A stretch of DNA of 64,000 bases, from NCBI GenBank assembly GCA_040954595.2, contig CM082590.2, positions 7,440,001-7,504,000 on the forward strand, read 5' to 3'. Shown one piece after another: positions 50,986 through 62,820 of this stretch. This DNA comes from Balanoglossus misakiensis. Its lineage: Eukaryota; Animalia; Hemichordata. The position numbers and the translations under genes are program-made. Each line of letters begins with the position of its first letter. The stretch's first letter is position 1. The notes beneath the pieces were generated by a model. That model searched no databases. It saw only the letters and a list, made by a program, of their open reading frames with translations, and was not told where the DNA came from.

Positions 50986-53900
50986 CTGCAGAGAGGAGAA
51001 ATATTGTATGAGTAAGAGAAAAAGGGAATTAAAGGTATACGGTCACCTATGGAAATTTAGCTATAGTTACCGTGGCAAACTTGAGATCTAGCCAATCACA
51101 GATATTCAGTGGGTGGCACACGCGAAAAAAAGAGCCCTGCCATATGTTCTTCAGAACACTCAAATACGCAGTTTCAGACATATATGGGCATATGTAAATT
51201 GGAGGTGACTGTATACCTTTAAAATTTGAGGTGCTAATAAAATCATACGCACATACACACATAAATATACAGTAAAACCTGTCTAAACCGAACACCTAAG
51301 GGACTGAAGAAATTGGTCAGTTTGCAGAGCTGTCTGGTTTATAGAGATTCTATGGTTCTATGTCAAAGGGACAGGAAAATGTGTTCGGTGTGGACAGGTT
51401 TCCAGATTAGACCGGGTTCGGTTTAGACAGGTTTTACTGTACAGATAATTTAGAGGTTTCTGGTTTATAGAGCTTCAACATAAAGGGGACTTGAAAATGT
51501 GTTTAGTTTAGACAGGTTTCCAGATTAAACAGGGTTTTCTTTTTTCAGGGAGGAATTTTCCCTGACTGGTTTCAAATTCCACGATTACTCTGGAAATTCC
51601 GGGACGATCCAGGAAAATTTAGGATTTTCCCAGATAGGTTTCAAATTCCAGGACTACTCCAGAAATTCCGGAATTTTCCCAGATTGGTTTCAAATTTCAT
51701 GATTACTCTGAAAATTCCAGGACGATCCAGGAAAATCCAGGATTTTCCCAGACAGGTCTCAAATTCCAGGATCACTCCAGAAATTCCGGGATTTTCCAGC
51801 AGTGTACAAACCCTGTATGATAACCCTGCCAACAGATTTTCCGACACTCACTTGTTCAGATGTTTCTTCTTCTTCTCCTCCTCTTCCTGCTTCTCCTTGG
51901 CCAGCAGTTGGTCTTCCCTCGTATCCCGGAATGAAGTTTCACATCCGAAAATCACTTTGAACACCATCTTCACGATGAGCTGTTGTGGACAGAGAAAATG
52001 CTTAATAACGTATAACAAAGAATTGTCACACTCTCTTCCGTCCCGCTTGTATGATATGAGAGTAAAAACTCGCCCAAAATGAATAAATGGTAGAGACCGA
52101 TTATTCATTTCGGCAAGTTTTTCACTCTCGTGTCTACAAGTGGGATGGAAGTTGTGTGTTGTAGAAGGTTGATTCACTATATATCCACATGTAGAATAAC
52201 ACAAACGGTGTCTTGTATCAAACATAATTAATGGAAAAGGGGCAGCAAGAGAGAGACTTTGTCCTGGGAGGTGTGTGTGGTTGAACGTTGATTCACTACA
52301 TATCCACATGTAGAATAACAGAAATGGTGTCTTGTATCAAACAGAATTAATGGAAAAGGGGCAGCGAGAGAGAGACTTTGTCCCTTAACACAAACAGATA
52401 CTCACTGAAAACCAGTAAATGTTGAGAAACTGCAACACCCAAATAAGGATGTTCATTGACGTCAGAAGAGGAACATTCGAGTTGCCAAAGCAACCGCCTC
52501 CATATAGCACCTTTAGTGGATACCAATACATACGTAAGATAACCCTGCAAATCAACAAAGAAATGATTTTAATATGTTAAACAGTACTCAATTTTGTTTG
52601 TACAATATCCATAATGACAAAAATCAAAATTGTTTTCATATTCTTCGCTATCAATCAGGTGATCTGGCCATGTGACCAACGGCGTTGTCATTTCCTGATG
52701 ATGGGCAAGCAATATTTCAGCATCCAGTAAAAGTTTTTCCGAGTATGTTTTTACTTTTAACCACTAAACACATAATATGTATAAGGTATGGTGCCTCATC
52801 AGCCTCATGGAGTTTCGTCTGCACAGTCTTTGTCTGCACCACGTACGTTGTTGAAGTTGCCCGTCATCTGGAAATTTGAATGCGAACGTAATTGCCGTCT
52901 GAGCGCGTCTGACGTCATTTGATATCGAAGAATATCCTTCAGTTGACTTACCAAGATATGGCAAACATAACAAACAGAACGTTGGCGATGACTTCATTCA
53001 AGAAATACTGTTTGCCGTTGCGTTCTTTTGTGTAGTTGAATATTTTGGCAGCCTCTAGAAACACATCTGTCAGGTCATGACAGAACAACACCAACATTCC
53101 CATCCTGTGCACCCTGTTGTGAAAAATAAACACATGTTTTAACCCTTTTGCAACAATGGTTCAGTCCAAACCCATTGTTTTCTATGTTCAATCCGGACCT
53201 CTAAAGAGGGAACTGGGGGTGAAAGGCTTAAGTAAATCAAGAAAACATTCCTATCCAATAGACCCTGTTGCGAAAAAGAATTACATGTTTTAAACCCTTT
53301 TACCAAAATGGTTCAGTCCAAACCCATTGTTTTCTATGGTAAAGTTGGACCTCTAAAGAGGGAACTGGGGGTGAAAGGGTTAAGTAAATCCAGAAAAGTT
53401 GCCTATCCTTATAGACCTTATTGCGAAGAAGAATTTTTAAAACTTTTCGCTATGGTTTCAGTATTTTTGTTTCGTGTATCTACTGCAATTTCTTGTTCAA
53501 ATTCCTGAAAGATGATGAAATGTCCAGCGTCTAACTTATCAATACAACATATATGTAAATAGTCAGCATTGTTATTGTGCAAAATTTGAATTTTCAAAGC
53601 AGGTGTAAAAAAAACAAAGGGTATATACAACTTTGACCAGTGAGGGCGCAACACACAATTTTACAACACCAGGCACGTTGGCTTACTGGCTATAAATTCC
53701 ATCAACAAGATCGAAATAAGTTGAAACAGAACAATCAGAAACATGCACTCACCTGACAGTATATGAGAAATATATCAAGAAGATGGTGACAAAATGGTGC
53801 AAAATCATGATGGGGAAATCGTTTCGGATGGCGTCCATTCGAAGCGTGGCATATATCGAATGGATATAGAATCCTAACTGATACATGTACAGAATGTAAA

Positions 53901-56900
53901 TGTCAAAGGGAACTACCATGTCGATTTTCCAACCTGGAATAGAAAAATAAAGACAAGATATTTTTATTCAGTGATGCTTAAGGATTTACATGCACTGTTA
54001 GCTGATAGAATTTGTCCCTTTCTATAGTATTTCATGGAGAATGCTAGTATTAGTAAACTCATTTCTACTAGTATTATTGTCATTTTCAAGAAATAATACA
54101 CAGTGTTTGAATTGAACTGTTTGTTCTATTTATACACACACCATTGGCATTGTTCCCACTAGGGAGACCCCACCAGCCAATACATATTACATCAAAGTAA
54201 CTTGGAAATGAGATAAAAAGTAACAATGCATTGTTTGCAATGATTTACAATGTAATACAAAGTAACAACATTGTTTGCAATGATGTACAATGTAATACAA
54301 AGTAACAACCTCATTGCTTGCAGTGGTGTACATTGTAGCAGTTACACTTTGCAATGATGTACATTGTAGCAGTTACACTACATTGTAATACAAAGTAACA
54401 ACCATATTGTTTGCAATGATGTACAATGTAATACAAAGTAACAACCTCATTGCTTGCAGTGGTGTACATTGTAGCAGTTACACTTTGCAATGATGTACAT
54501 TGTAGCAGTTACACTACATTGTAATACAAAGTAACAACCATATTGTTTGCAATGATGTACAATGTAATACAAAGTAACAACTGAATTATTTGCAATGATG
54601 TACAATGTAACACAAAGTAACAAACACATGATGCCATGATGTACATTGTAGCAGTTACACTTTGCACATCATATAGGACCCATAGCCACATGTCAGACGG
54701 GTTGACACCCAACTCCAAGTTTTATATGAGATAAAAATCAAGAAAATAACCACAGTTTTATTTTATTGTTTTTCTTAATACCCATTTCATGTCATTGACT
54801 GCAGAGGGTGCAAATTAATGTGCAGGGGGGGGGGGGGCTATATACTTCTATATACATAACATTAAAATTTATCAACATGAATGGAGTATTTACTCAATGA
54901 AATATATTTCATCCCCTGTCATGAATGAAGACAACTAGAGACAACTATCACAAAATAAACACAGTGTCTTTGACACTTAAGTAGATATTCTGTTATTTAT
55001 TGATACTTAAAATGGAGATAATATCGTCATAGCGATGATCCCAAGGGGCAGTGACTTCAATGGTATGCTAGTATCGGTCATCAAATATCTACAATACTAT
55101 AGTGCATCAGTTATAATTCCCTTCGGAATATTCGACGAAAACTTCTCATTACACTCTATGGAAATTAACCCTCTCACCACCATGGTTTGATCCAAATGTA
55201 TTCTTTTCTATGGTAAGGTTGGACCCCTAACGAAGGAAACTGGGGGTGAATAGGTTAGTGTTTTCAATGGCAATGTTGAATGAAAATGTTGGGGTTTTTT
55301 TTTACTCGTGTCAATGACTCATGCAGTGGTGACAATGGGTTGGGTCAACAGTGCCCTCACAGGGTTAGATCCGTTTTCAGATCAAGACACGAAAAAAGTA
55401 CAAACATGAGTTTATAATTATACCAAATTGTTCTGAGCATACTGTTACTGATGACATCATAAGTGACTAATCTTGTAGAAGCCATATGACTCCACACATA
55501 ACTTCATAAGAGCTTTTTAAAAATGCAAACCATATGTATAAAGCCATATTTAAAAAGTGAAAATAAAAATCCATAAAATTATTCAAAAATTCAGTATTAT
55601 TCTACTGAAGATCCATTCACATTAGTTTTTAAAATCTGCATTCTTTGGTTTTATTTTTTAGTCTCAGTCGAAATACATTCCTGAAAGATAGAATTTATGG
55701 CAGACTATGTCATCAGTGTTTAACAGGGATTGAGAACTGACCATAAGATATATTACAGCCTACAGTGGTCCACTGTAAGAACCATATTTACTTTTCACTG
55801 TGCACACAACTCCAAACTGGCAGATTTCACCCTCTCTTATGAATGGAGACAGTAATTCTTGAAACTGAACCAAAATTATGGCTAAGAAAACAATTATTAG
55901 CATCCAAATAACATAAAAACTGTCAAATTATATATGACATTTTATTGCATTCATTTCACTGTTTAAGCACACAAATAAATTTCGCACCATGGCAAATATT
56001 TCTAAGTAAACACATTAATCAGGGGATTTATGATCAGTAGTAACCACTGTCAAGCATAATTCATAAAGAATGCATTGAATGCAAGCAAACAGTACATATC
56101 TTGAGCTGCCATAAATACCAAAAGAGATTTCCCGCCCTTTTTTCAACCTCACAAATTCTTGTCTGCCAAGTTTTACTCAAGTTACAAAACTATTTTGGAC
56201 CAGAATGATGCAAATTCATTTGACAGGACTATACATAAAATAATCTCACTTCTCACTTTATTTCAACAAAGTTTTAGTACCTCAGCTCAACAAGAAAGAA
56301 CTTTTCTACCAGAAGATTTCTACCAATGTAACAATTACTAGCTTTAGGTCTACTGAAAACACCATTTTGACTTCTCCAAAACTTACTATCGTGTTGCCAG
56401 TTGAATGATTTGGGTTGTAGGTGTAACTATACCCTTTCACTCACTATCAAAGTGTCATGTTGCCAGTTGAATGATTTGGGTTGTAGTTGTGACTCAAAAC
56501 CCTTTCACCCTGCCCCCACTTGACTCATTGTCCAACTTTTGAGTCCCATTGTGTGCAAAAATGTAGCCTCATGCTGTCTCAACCAATCACAGACGAGGTA
56601 TGATAGCCTCATACTGTCTTGGCCAATCAGGAATAAGGTATGATGTCATGATTGATTGAAGACTTGGTTTGATTGATCCAGACCTGTCGGACCATAGCAT
56701 GACTAACTCTTCTTTTTTTTTTCTATTCACAGTGTCTGACACACTGACATAAATACCAGACATGCTGGCCTAAATCTAAATCTCGCTTTTCAAGGGGAGT
56801 GTTGGAATACATGTACCAGACACTTGGCACGAAGCCATTGCCTGAGGGGTCAACGACCTCTAAGTATAAAACGTCCATGTCAGTTCAACACGAGTGCATC

Positions 56901-57059
56901 TGAAGACTACATGTTCCCGAAAGCTTATGCTGAAATTTAACTGTTGATCAAAGAGTGCTACAGAACTTTAGTTCAACACCGATGACAGTTCAAAAGTCAC
57001 AAGGCTTATCTGTAGCTTTGCTGCCAGCTAGCTTTTGTGTGATACACACACATACACAG

Positions 57060-57104
<45 letters not shown>

Positions 57105-60100
57105 TATACTGTAATTGTGTATATAAATTAATTTTGAGGATTTCAGTTAAGTAAATGCAACTTGCTTAACCCCACTACCCTGAATTAGCTTTGGATGTTG
57201 AAATTTTATGACAATGTACAACAGTCCCTAAAGTTAGCGTGTTACAAACCTATCCATCACTGTCGTGGTTATACAAACTTCATCTGTCTTCGTCTACTGA
57301 AGGAGTTTGTTTATCTAGACTGTGATTTCAGTCGTCTGAAATCTACCTAGTGTTTGTAGAGTCTACCAGTCTGGTACCTATGTCCCCTGTACACTGGTTT
57401 ACAGTGAGGTTCTATTCACCCTTTTACCACCATGGTTTGGTCCAAATCAATTGTTTTCTATGATAAAGTTGGACCTCTATAGAGGAACTGGGGGGGGGGG
57501 GGGGTGAAAGGGTTGGTGCCGTCATGTCTGTGGGAATAGGCCCAGTGTGACATAGTTTCTAGCAAGTCAAAGCACAAAATGTAACTGCTACAATGTACAT
57601 CATTTCAAACAATATGTTTGTTACTTTGTGTTACATTGTACATAATTTCAAACACTACAGTTGATACATTGTATTACATTGTACATCATTACAAACAATG
57701 TGTTTGTTACTTTGTGTTACATTGTACATCATTTCTATCAATATAGTTGATACACTGTATTACATTGTACATCATTACAAACAATGTCGTTACTTTGTAT
57801 TACTTTTTATCACATTTCCAGGTTATTTTCATATAACATGTACTGGTTATTGGAGTACGAGAAAATACAAGTTAGCAGTGAAAGACTGTCACCTTTCAGC
57901 CAAAAGAGGATTGAAAACAGTAATATCAAAACAGAAAACATAGCCAAAAGTATAACTGTTTGAATGAGTAAAATAATCCTAACCATTTCTTAATAACTTA
58001 AATTTGTTCAATCAAATCCATTATATAATCAATTATATAAACCTCAATTATACAATTCAATCTGACTGATTGTTGATAAAAATCAACTGAAATAATCCTA
58101 TTTTGCAAATTACACACTATGGTAAAGTCGGACCTGTGCACAGGGAAATGGGGGTGAAACCTCATGTGCATCTGATTTTAGGAAAAAAAGATGAGGTAAA
58201 CAGATTTTATATACTTGAAGATTTACTCAGTGAAGGGGTCCATTCAAAGACTTCAAAGCTGGATACTCACTGGATGTTATTTCAATAATTTGACGTTTAT
58301 AATTTATTACTTATTGACATAAGCCTACACTGACATTTGCTGATAATGTGATTTATTAATCATGTTTATTGTATATGATATAATTTCATAGTTGATACTC
58401 ATTCGCGACATCGTGTTGATAACATTGACGCTAAAAATGCTATTTAGAGATAGACTGAAGTTGTGTTATTGTACCGAGTGAAATAATCTTATTGGTCGGT
58501 GTTCGAACCGCTTATATGCAAATGACGAAACCGTAGTTCATTAGGTCAAAGGTCATTGACCCAGTAAATCAAACGCACAGGAAAACAATGACTGACTGAT
58601 ACATGTCTGAAATATTATCTGACAAGCTAAATAAAATTGGAGGAAATCCTTACAGATTATTTTCAATGCTGGTATTGGACCCACACACAAGGAAGAGGGG
58701 TGGACAGGTTGAACAGAGTGAAAGCAACTCAAGCAAGGTTATTGAACGCGTACCACATTGCTACAAAATATTGCCACGGCTTACGAAATTACTGTAAAAC
58801 ACTTTATTTTCGCGAGTTAAATTTTTCGCGATATCGAGAGAGGCCACTGTTTCGCGAGTATTAATTTTCGCGTTCTCTTATTTCATTCACTGCATCGTTA
58901 TCTTCAAAAAAAAATTACGCGACTTTTTATTTTCATGATATTTTGGCTCTCGCGTATTTGGCGAAAATTAATTGCTCGCGAAAATAAAGTGTTTTACAGT
59001 ATTGGACCCACACACAAAGAATAGGGGTGGACTGGTTGAATAGACTGAAAGCAACTAAAGCAAGGTCATTGAACGGATTGCTACAAAATATTGCCGCGAC
59101 TTACGAAATTATTGACAGTACTAAACTTAGCTCATGGCTGAAGGGTGTTTCACTTTGCGTCAGAGAGTTTGAGATTCACAATTCCGATTGATCTCTCCAT
59201 TCAAGACGCCGATGATCTCCTTTCAAGAGACTTACGTCAAATGTCACACTTGCGTAAACATCTGGCTTTTGCGACGCAGAACGCAAAATCCATATCCGAT
59301 ACTTCTAACGCGCGACTAATTTAAATCGGCTCCGTTGTCAGGAAAAGTCGCACAAAGGATGACAATAACACAGGTATTAGAGGCAGGTGGTGTTTCTCAC
59401 GTTTTCAGACGGATCGCATTAACTTAGAAAGCGCCTCGAAAATCAAAGACCTAAACTTTTCCTCAAACTTGCTAAAACCAAATACACGTTACGTTATTCT
59501 CTTTTAAAATTAAAAACAAAAATTAGGTGATCTCCAACAGAGCAAAATTTAGTTAAATCATGTCAATTTTCAGTGGAGCACCAATTATGTTATCAATTAA
59601 GTACATAATTATTAACTATTAAACAGACAAACTAATTATTAATTGCAAATTTTTAATTGAAAGAAGTGTCGTAGCAACAGATAAGAACATTCAAAGAAAT
59701 AGCCAAACAGTGTTTAAGTAAAAAATCTGTACCATTTCTGCAAACATTATGCAAATAAACTTTACAATCTAGATGAAACCTCATGGTCATGGTTAAAACT
59801 GAGAAAAATTACTCATTTAGAAAATTATCGCGATCATAGCAATCCGTATTCCAAACATCCTAGGTCAAATACCAAATTTACAGGGCCAGTTGCAACAACA
59901 CACAAAACAATATTGGAAAATAATATTTTATAATTTTAATATAACCTGTGACATTTATGCATGGGTAATTATAATGTAGATACTGTAAAACACTTAATTT
60001 TCGAGATCAATAAATTTTGGCGAAATACGCGAGAGCCAAAAAAGGTAAAAATAAAAAGTCGCGTAAAATGTTTTTCGGAGATAACGATCCAGTAAAAACA

Positions 60101-61254
60101 AGAAAACGCGAAAATTAATCCTCGCGTAACAGTTGCCTCTTTTGATATCGCGAACATTTCCTGTCGCGAAAATAACCCGTTTTACAGTATAGCACAAACA
60201 GTTCTTTTCCTGGTGTAATGACAAACTAATTTTAATCACAAATAGAATCGTTCGATGATGTTATTTTTAACCAACAGCCAGGAAAAAGTGGAAAGGAGGT
60301 TAAAAATATCTCACAAAAGACCGTCCATGCCTGTACATGTTTTTAAAGCCACAGTAACACTCACTTTGGGCGTATATTTTGTTTGTTCATTTTTTGTTTG
60401 AAATGGGATTTCTGGTTTATAAAAGTAGATTATAATTGATACTGTATTGCAAACTTTTCATATGTAGCCAAGCTAACACCTGTATATATTTTATAATACA
60501 GCGAGCAAAAAACTATTTCCTGTCAGGTCAGGAATTAGAGCTTTGTTGACACATAATACAATGCAAGATAATTACATATATTCAACGGGACAGGGGAAAG
60601 CAATCCGTCCAGTTGACAGGGGAAAGCAATCCGTCCAGTTGTCAAGGGACAAAGTCTCTCTCTCGCTGCCCTTTTTTCATCAATTATGTTTGATACAAGA
60701 CACCGTTTATGTTATTCTACATGTGGATATAATAGTGAATCAACGTTCGACCGCACACAACTTCCGTCCCATCTGTAGGATATGAGATATCGCCAAAATG
60801 AATAAATGGTAAACACCGATTATTCATTTTGGCAAGTTTTTCACTCTCATGTCTACAAATGAGATGGAAGTTGTGTGTGGTCGAACGTTGATTCACTATA
60901 CATCCACATGTAGAGTAACATAAACAGTGTCTTGTATCAAACATAATTGATGAAAAAAGGGCAGCGAGAGAGAGACTTTGTCCCTTTAATAGTACATCAT
61001 ACTCTCACCCCTAATTATCAAGTGGTCTAGTCCAGCACATCAAGGCCCTCACCCCTATCTATCAAGTTGAAGTTGTCTAGTGCAACACACTTACCTGAGT
61101 ACACCCAGGCCGGATTTTGAAACATCTTGTACTCCCTGTTAAATAGGAGATCATACGTATAGAACCAGGAACAAAGGTACCACAGCATCTTCCAAGTACT
61201 TTCAGGTGCTTTGCTTGCATTCCTCTTAGTAAGACCTAACCTACTGTAGAAAGG
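50901..61254 (-). CDS. CERS1: Ceramide synthase 1-like, copy B, exons 2-7: join(61095-61254, 53753-53933, 52952-53113, 52406-52544, 51852-51979, 50901-50985); exon 1 not found in window
   Basis: Same exon sizes (160, 181, 162, 139) and phases as copy A, GT-AG introns, open frame. RNDFPIMILHH...LFCHDLTD, LRMYWYPLKVLY, LNIYWF and DTRE are present. Ends KKAD*. Confidence 0.92.
51029..51221. mobile_element. ~190-bp TTAA-flanked MITE (AGGTATACGGTCACC TIR)
   Basis: TTAA|AGGTATAC.GTCACC...GGTGAC.GTATACCT|TTAA; copies at ~21879-22068 and ~38498-38666. Confidence 0.85.
51550..51800. repeat. Degenerate tandem repeat (TTTCAAATTCCAGGA.TACTCCAGAAATTCC...GGATTTTCCCAG)
   Basis: About 4 diverged units in CERS1-B intron 6. 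Confidence 0.75.
51852..51979 (-). CDS. CERS1: CERS1-B exon 6 (LIVKMVFKVIFG...RDTREDQLLAKEKQEEEEKKKKHLN)
   Basis: caacag acceptor, GTGAGT donor, 128 nt, phase 0 to 2. Confidence 0.88.
52406..52544 (-). CDS. CERS1: CERS1-B exon 5 (VILRMYWYPLKVLYGGGCFGNSNVP...LNIYWFS)
   Basis: ttgcag acceptor, GTGAGT donor, 139 nt. Confidence 0.93.
52952..53113 (-). CDS. CERS1: CERS1-B exon 4 (VHRMGMLVLFCHDLTDVFLEAAK...FAISW)
   Basis: caacag acceptor, GTAAGT donor, 162 nt. Confidence 0.94.
53753..53933 (-). CDS. CERS1: CERS1-B exon 3 (WKIDMVVPFDIY...RNDFPIMILHH...YTVR)
   Basis: ttccag acceptor, GTGAGT donor, 181 nt. Confidence 0.93.
54212..54665. repeat. Minisatellite built from TGATGTACATTGTAGCAGTTACACT / TGTAATACAAAGTAACAAC units
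   Basis: Direct repeats; same family in opposite orientation at ~27300-27530 and ~57580-57805. Confidence 0.85.
57059..57100. repeat. (CA)n microsatellite
   Basis: ~20 CA units. Confidence 0.95.
58792..58999. mobile_element. ~208-bp TA-flanked MITE family (CTGTAAAACACTTTATTTTCGCGAG TIR; Tc1/mariner-pogo/Tc2-like), representative of ~10 full copies
   Basis: TA|CTGTAAAA...TTTTACAG|TA, rich in CGCG. Other copies at ~10210-10415, 11776-11980, 13719-13927, 26496-26703, 30507-30702, 39743-39950, 43119-43325, 46845-47041, 59983-60187; fragments near 25070, 33100, 48555. Confidence 0.92.
61095..61254 (-). CDS. CERS1: CERS1-B exon 2 (PFYSRLGLTKRNASKAPESTWKMLWY...)
   Basis: ttgcag acceptor, GTAAGT donor, 160 nt. 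Confidence 0.92.
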
Positions 61255-61368
61255 CTGCAATGAAATAAAATGAAAAATGGTTGAGTACATTATATTTCGT
61301 TGAAAACAAAATTATTGAATATCCCTGTGATTTGTTTCTAAAATTCTGATCAAGACCTGCAGATAGTT

Positions 61369-62820
61369 AGGGCCCAAGCCCAGCAGGCTTGGGCCCTATT
61401 GTTTTTACTGGAGTTTTTCTTCTTCTTCTTCTTCTTCTTCTTGTGCCGTTTTTTTCGTCAAGTAGATCTTGAAATCGGCTGAACCTACAAATCTAAAACT
61501 TGGCACAATGGTGCAGGCCTATGAGAGCTTGAGCTGTACCCTTGTGAATGTTTAATTAGTCATGTGACCTGATGACCATATATGGGCAAAATTTTCAAAT
61601 CGGCCTTATTTGCATATGCATGAAGATATCAAAATTCTTTTAGCAACTTTTGTGGACCATGTGGTCAGGGTTCTACATGCCAAATGTCAAGGCCATTGGC
61701 CATGCCAATTTTGAGAAGAAGATTTTTAAGTATTATTTTTCATATTTTTCACCCAAGCCATGGGCCTATACTTTCCATAGTAAAGCTATGACCACATACT
61801 ATTTTGGATAAATATGCATACATATCTCAAAATCTGTCAGGCCAATCATCTCCAACTTTGGTGTGCAGCTAGCCTAGCATTTGTCAATAATTTTAAGCGG
61901 AAAAAAATAATATGAAAAATCGACTGATTTTTTTATATTAATTTTTTTATTAAATTTATACCTTTACTTATACCTCTATGGTTAAGCTATGTCCATGTCT
62001 TATTGTGGAATTCTGGTCTGTGCAATAGTCCTGTACAGTGACTGTCTATTGGTCAGTGAGCACAATGGCACCAAAATAAAAGGCACAATTTTAGGCTCAC
62101 CTGTAACACCTGCTTAACTCATTAATTATGTGCATACCTAATTCTGGGCTAACTAAGAGGGCTAGAGGTTTCGTTCTTGTGGGACATGGACCAGTATAGG
62201 GTCAAAATTTCTTGCCCAAATTTTGGGTGACCTCAGGTGACCTCTGACCTACTTTCCTATATCTCGGCATCCAGAGCAGGTACAGACTTGGCGTTTGGAG
62301 GGTTGGGACTAAAATTGAAAAGCCAAATTGGGGGGTCACCTGTGACACCTGCATATCTCATTAATTATGTGCATACCTAATTCCAGCCTAACCAATAGTG
62401 CTATAGGTTTGGTTTTTGTTGAACATGGACCAGTATAGGGTCAAAATTTCTTGCCCAAATTTTGTATGACCTCAGGTGACCTTTGACCTACTTTACCATA
62501 TCTTGGCATCCAGAGCAGGTACAGACTAGGCGTTTGGAGGGTTGGGACTAAAATTGAAAAGGCAACACTGGGGGTCACCTGTGACACCTGCCTACCTCAT
62601 GAATTATGTGCATACCTAATTCCAGGTTAACCGATAGGGTTATAGCTTTGGTTTTTGTTGAACATGGACCAGTATAGGGTCAAAATTTCTTTGCATGAAC
62701 TCAGGTGACCTTTGACCTACTTTACCATATCTTGGCATCCAGAGCAGATATGCTTATTGCTATGTTGCACTTGCTATGTGCTATGTTGGCTTGGGCCCGC
62801 TATTGCTGCTTGCAGCTATA
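61369..62820 (+). mobile_element. Helentron-associated non-autonomous element (HINE/DINE-1-like) with an internal ~240-bp tandem repeat
   Basis: 5' AGGGCCCAAGCC with nearby inverted copy GGCTTGGGCCCT, (CTT)n microsatellite ~61418-61442, ~2.7 x 239-bp repeats (starting ~62094, 62333, 62572), 3' subTIR GGCTTGGGCCC 62788-62798, short hairpin GCTGC-TT-GCAGC, T-rich flanks. Confidence 0.78.
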
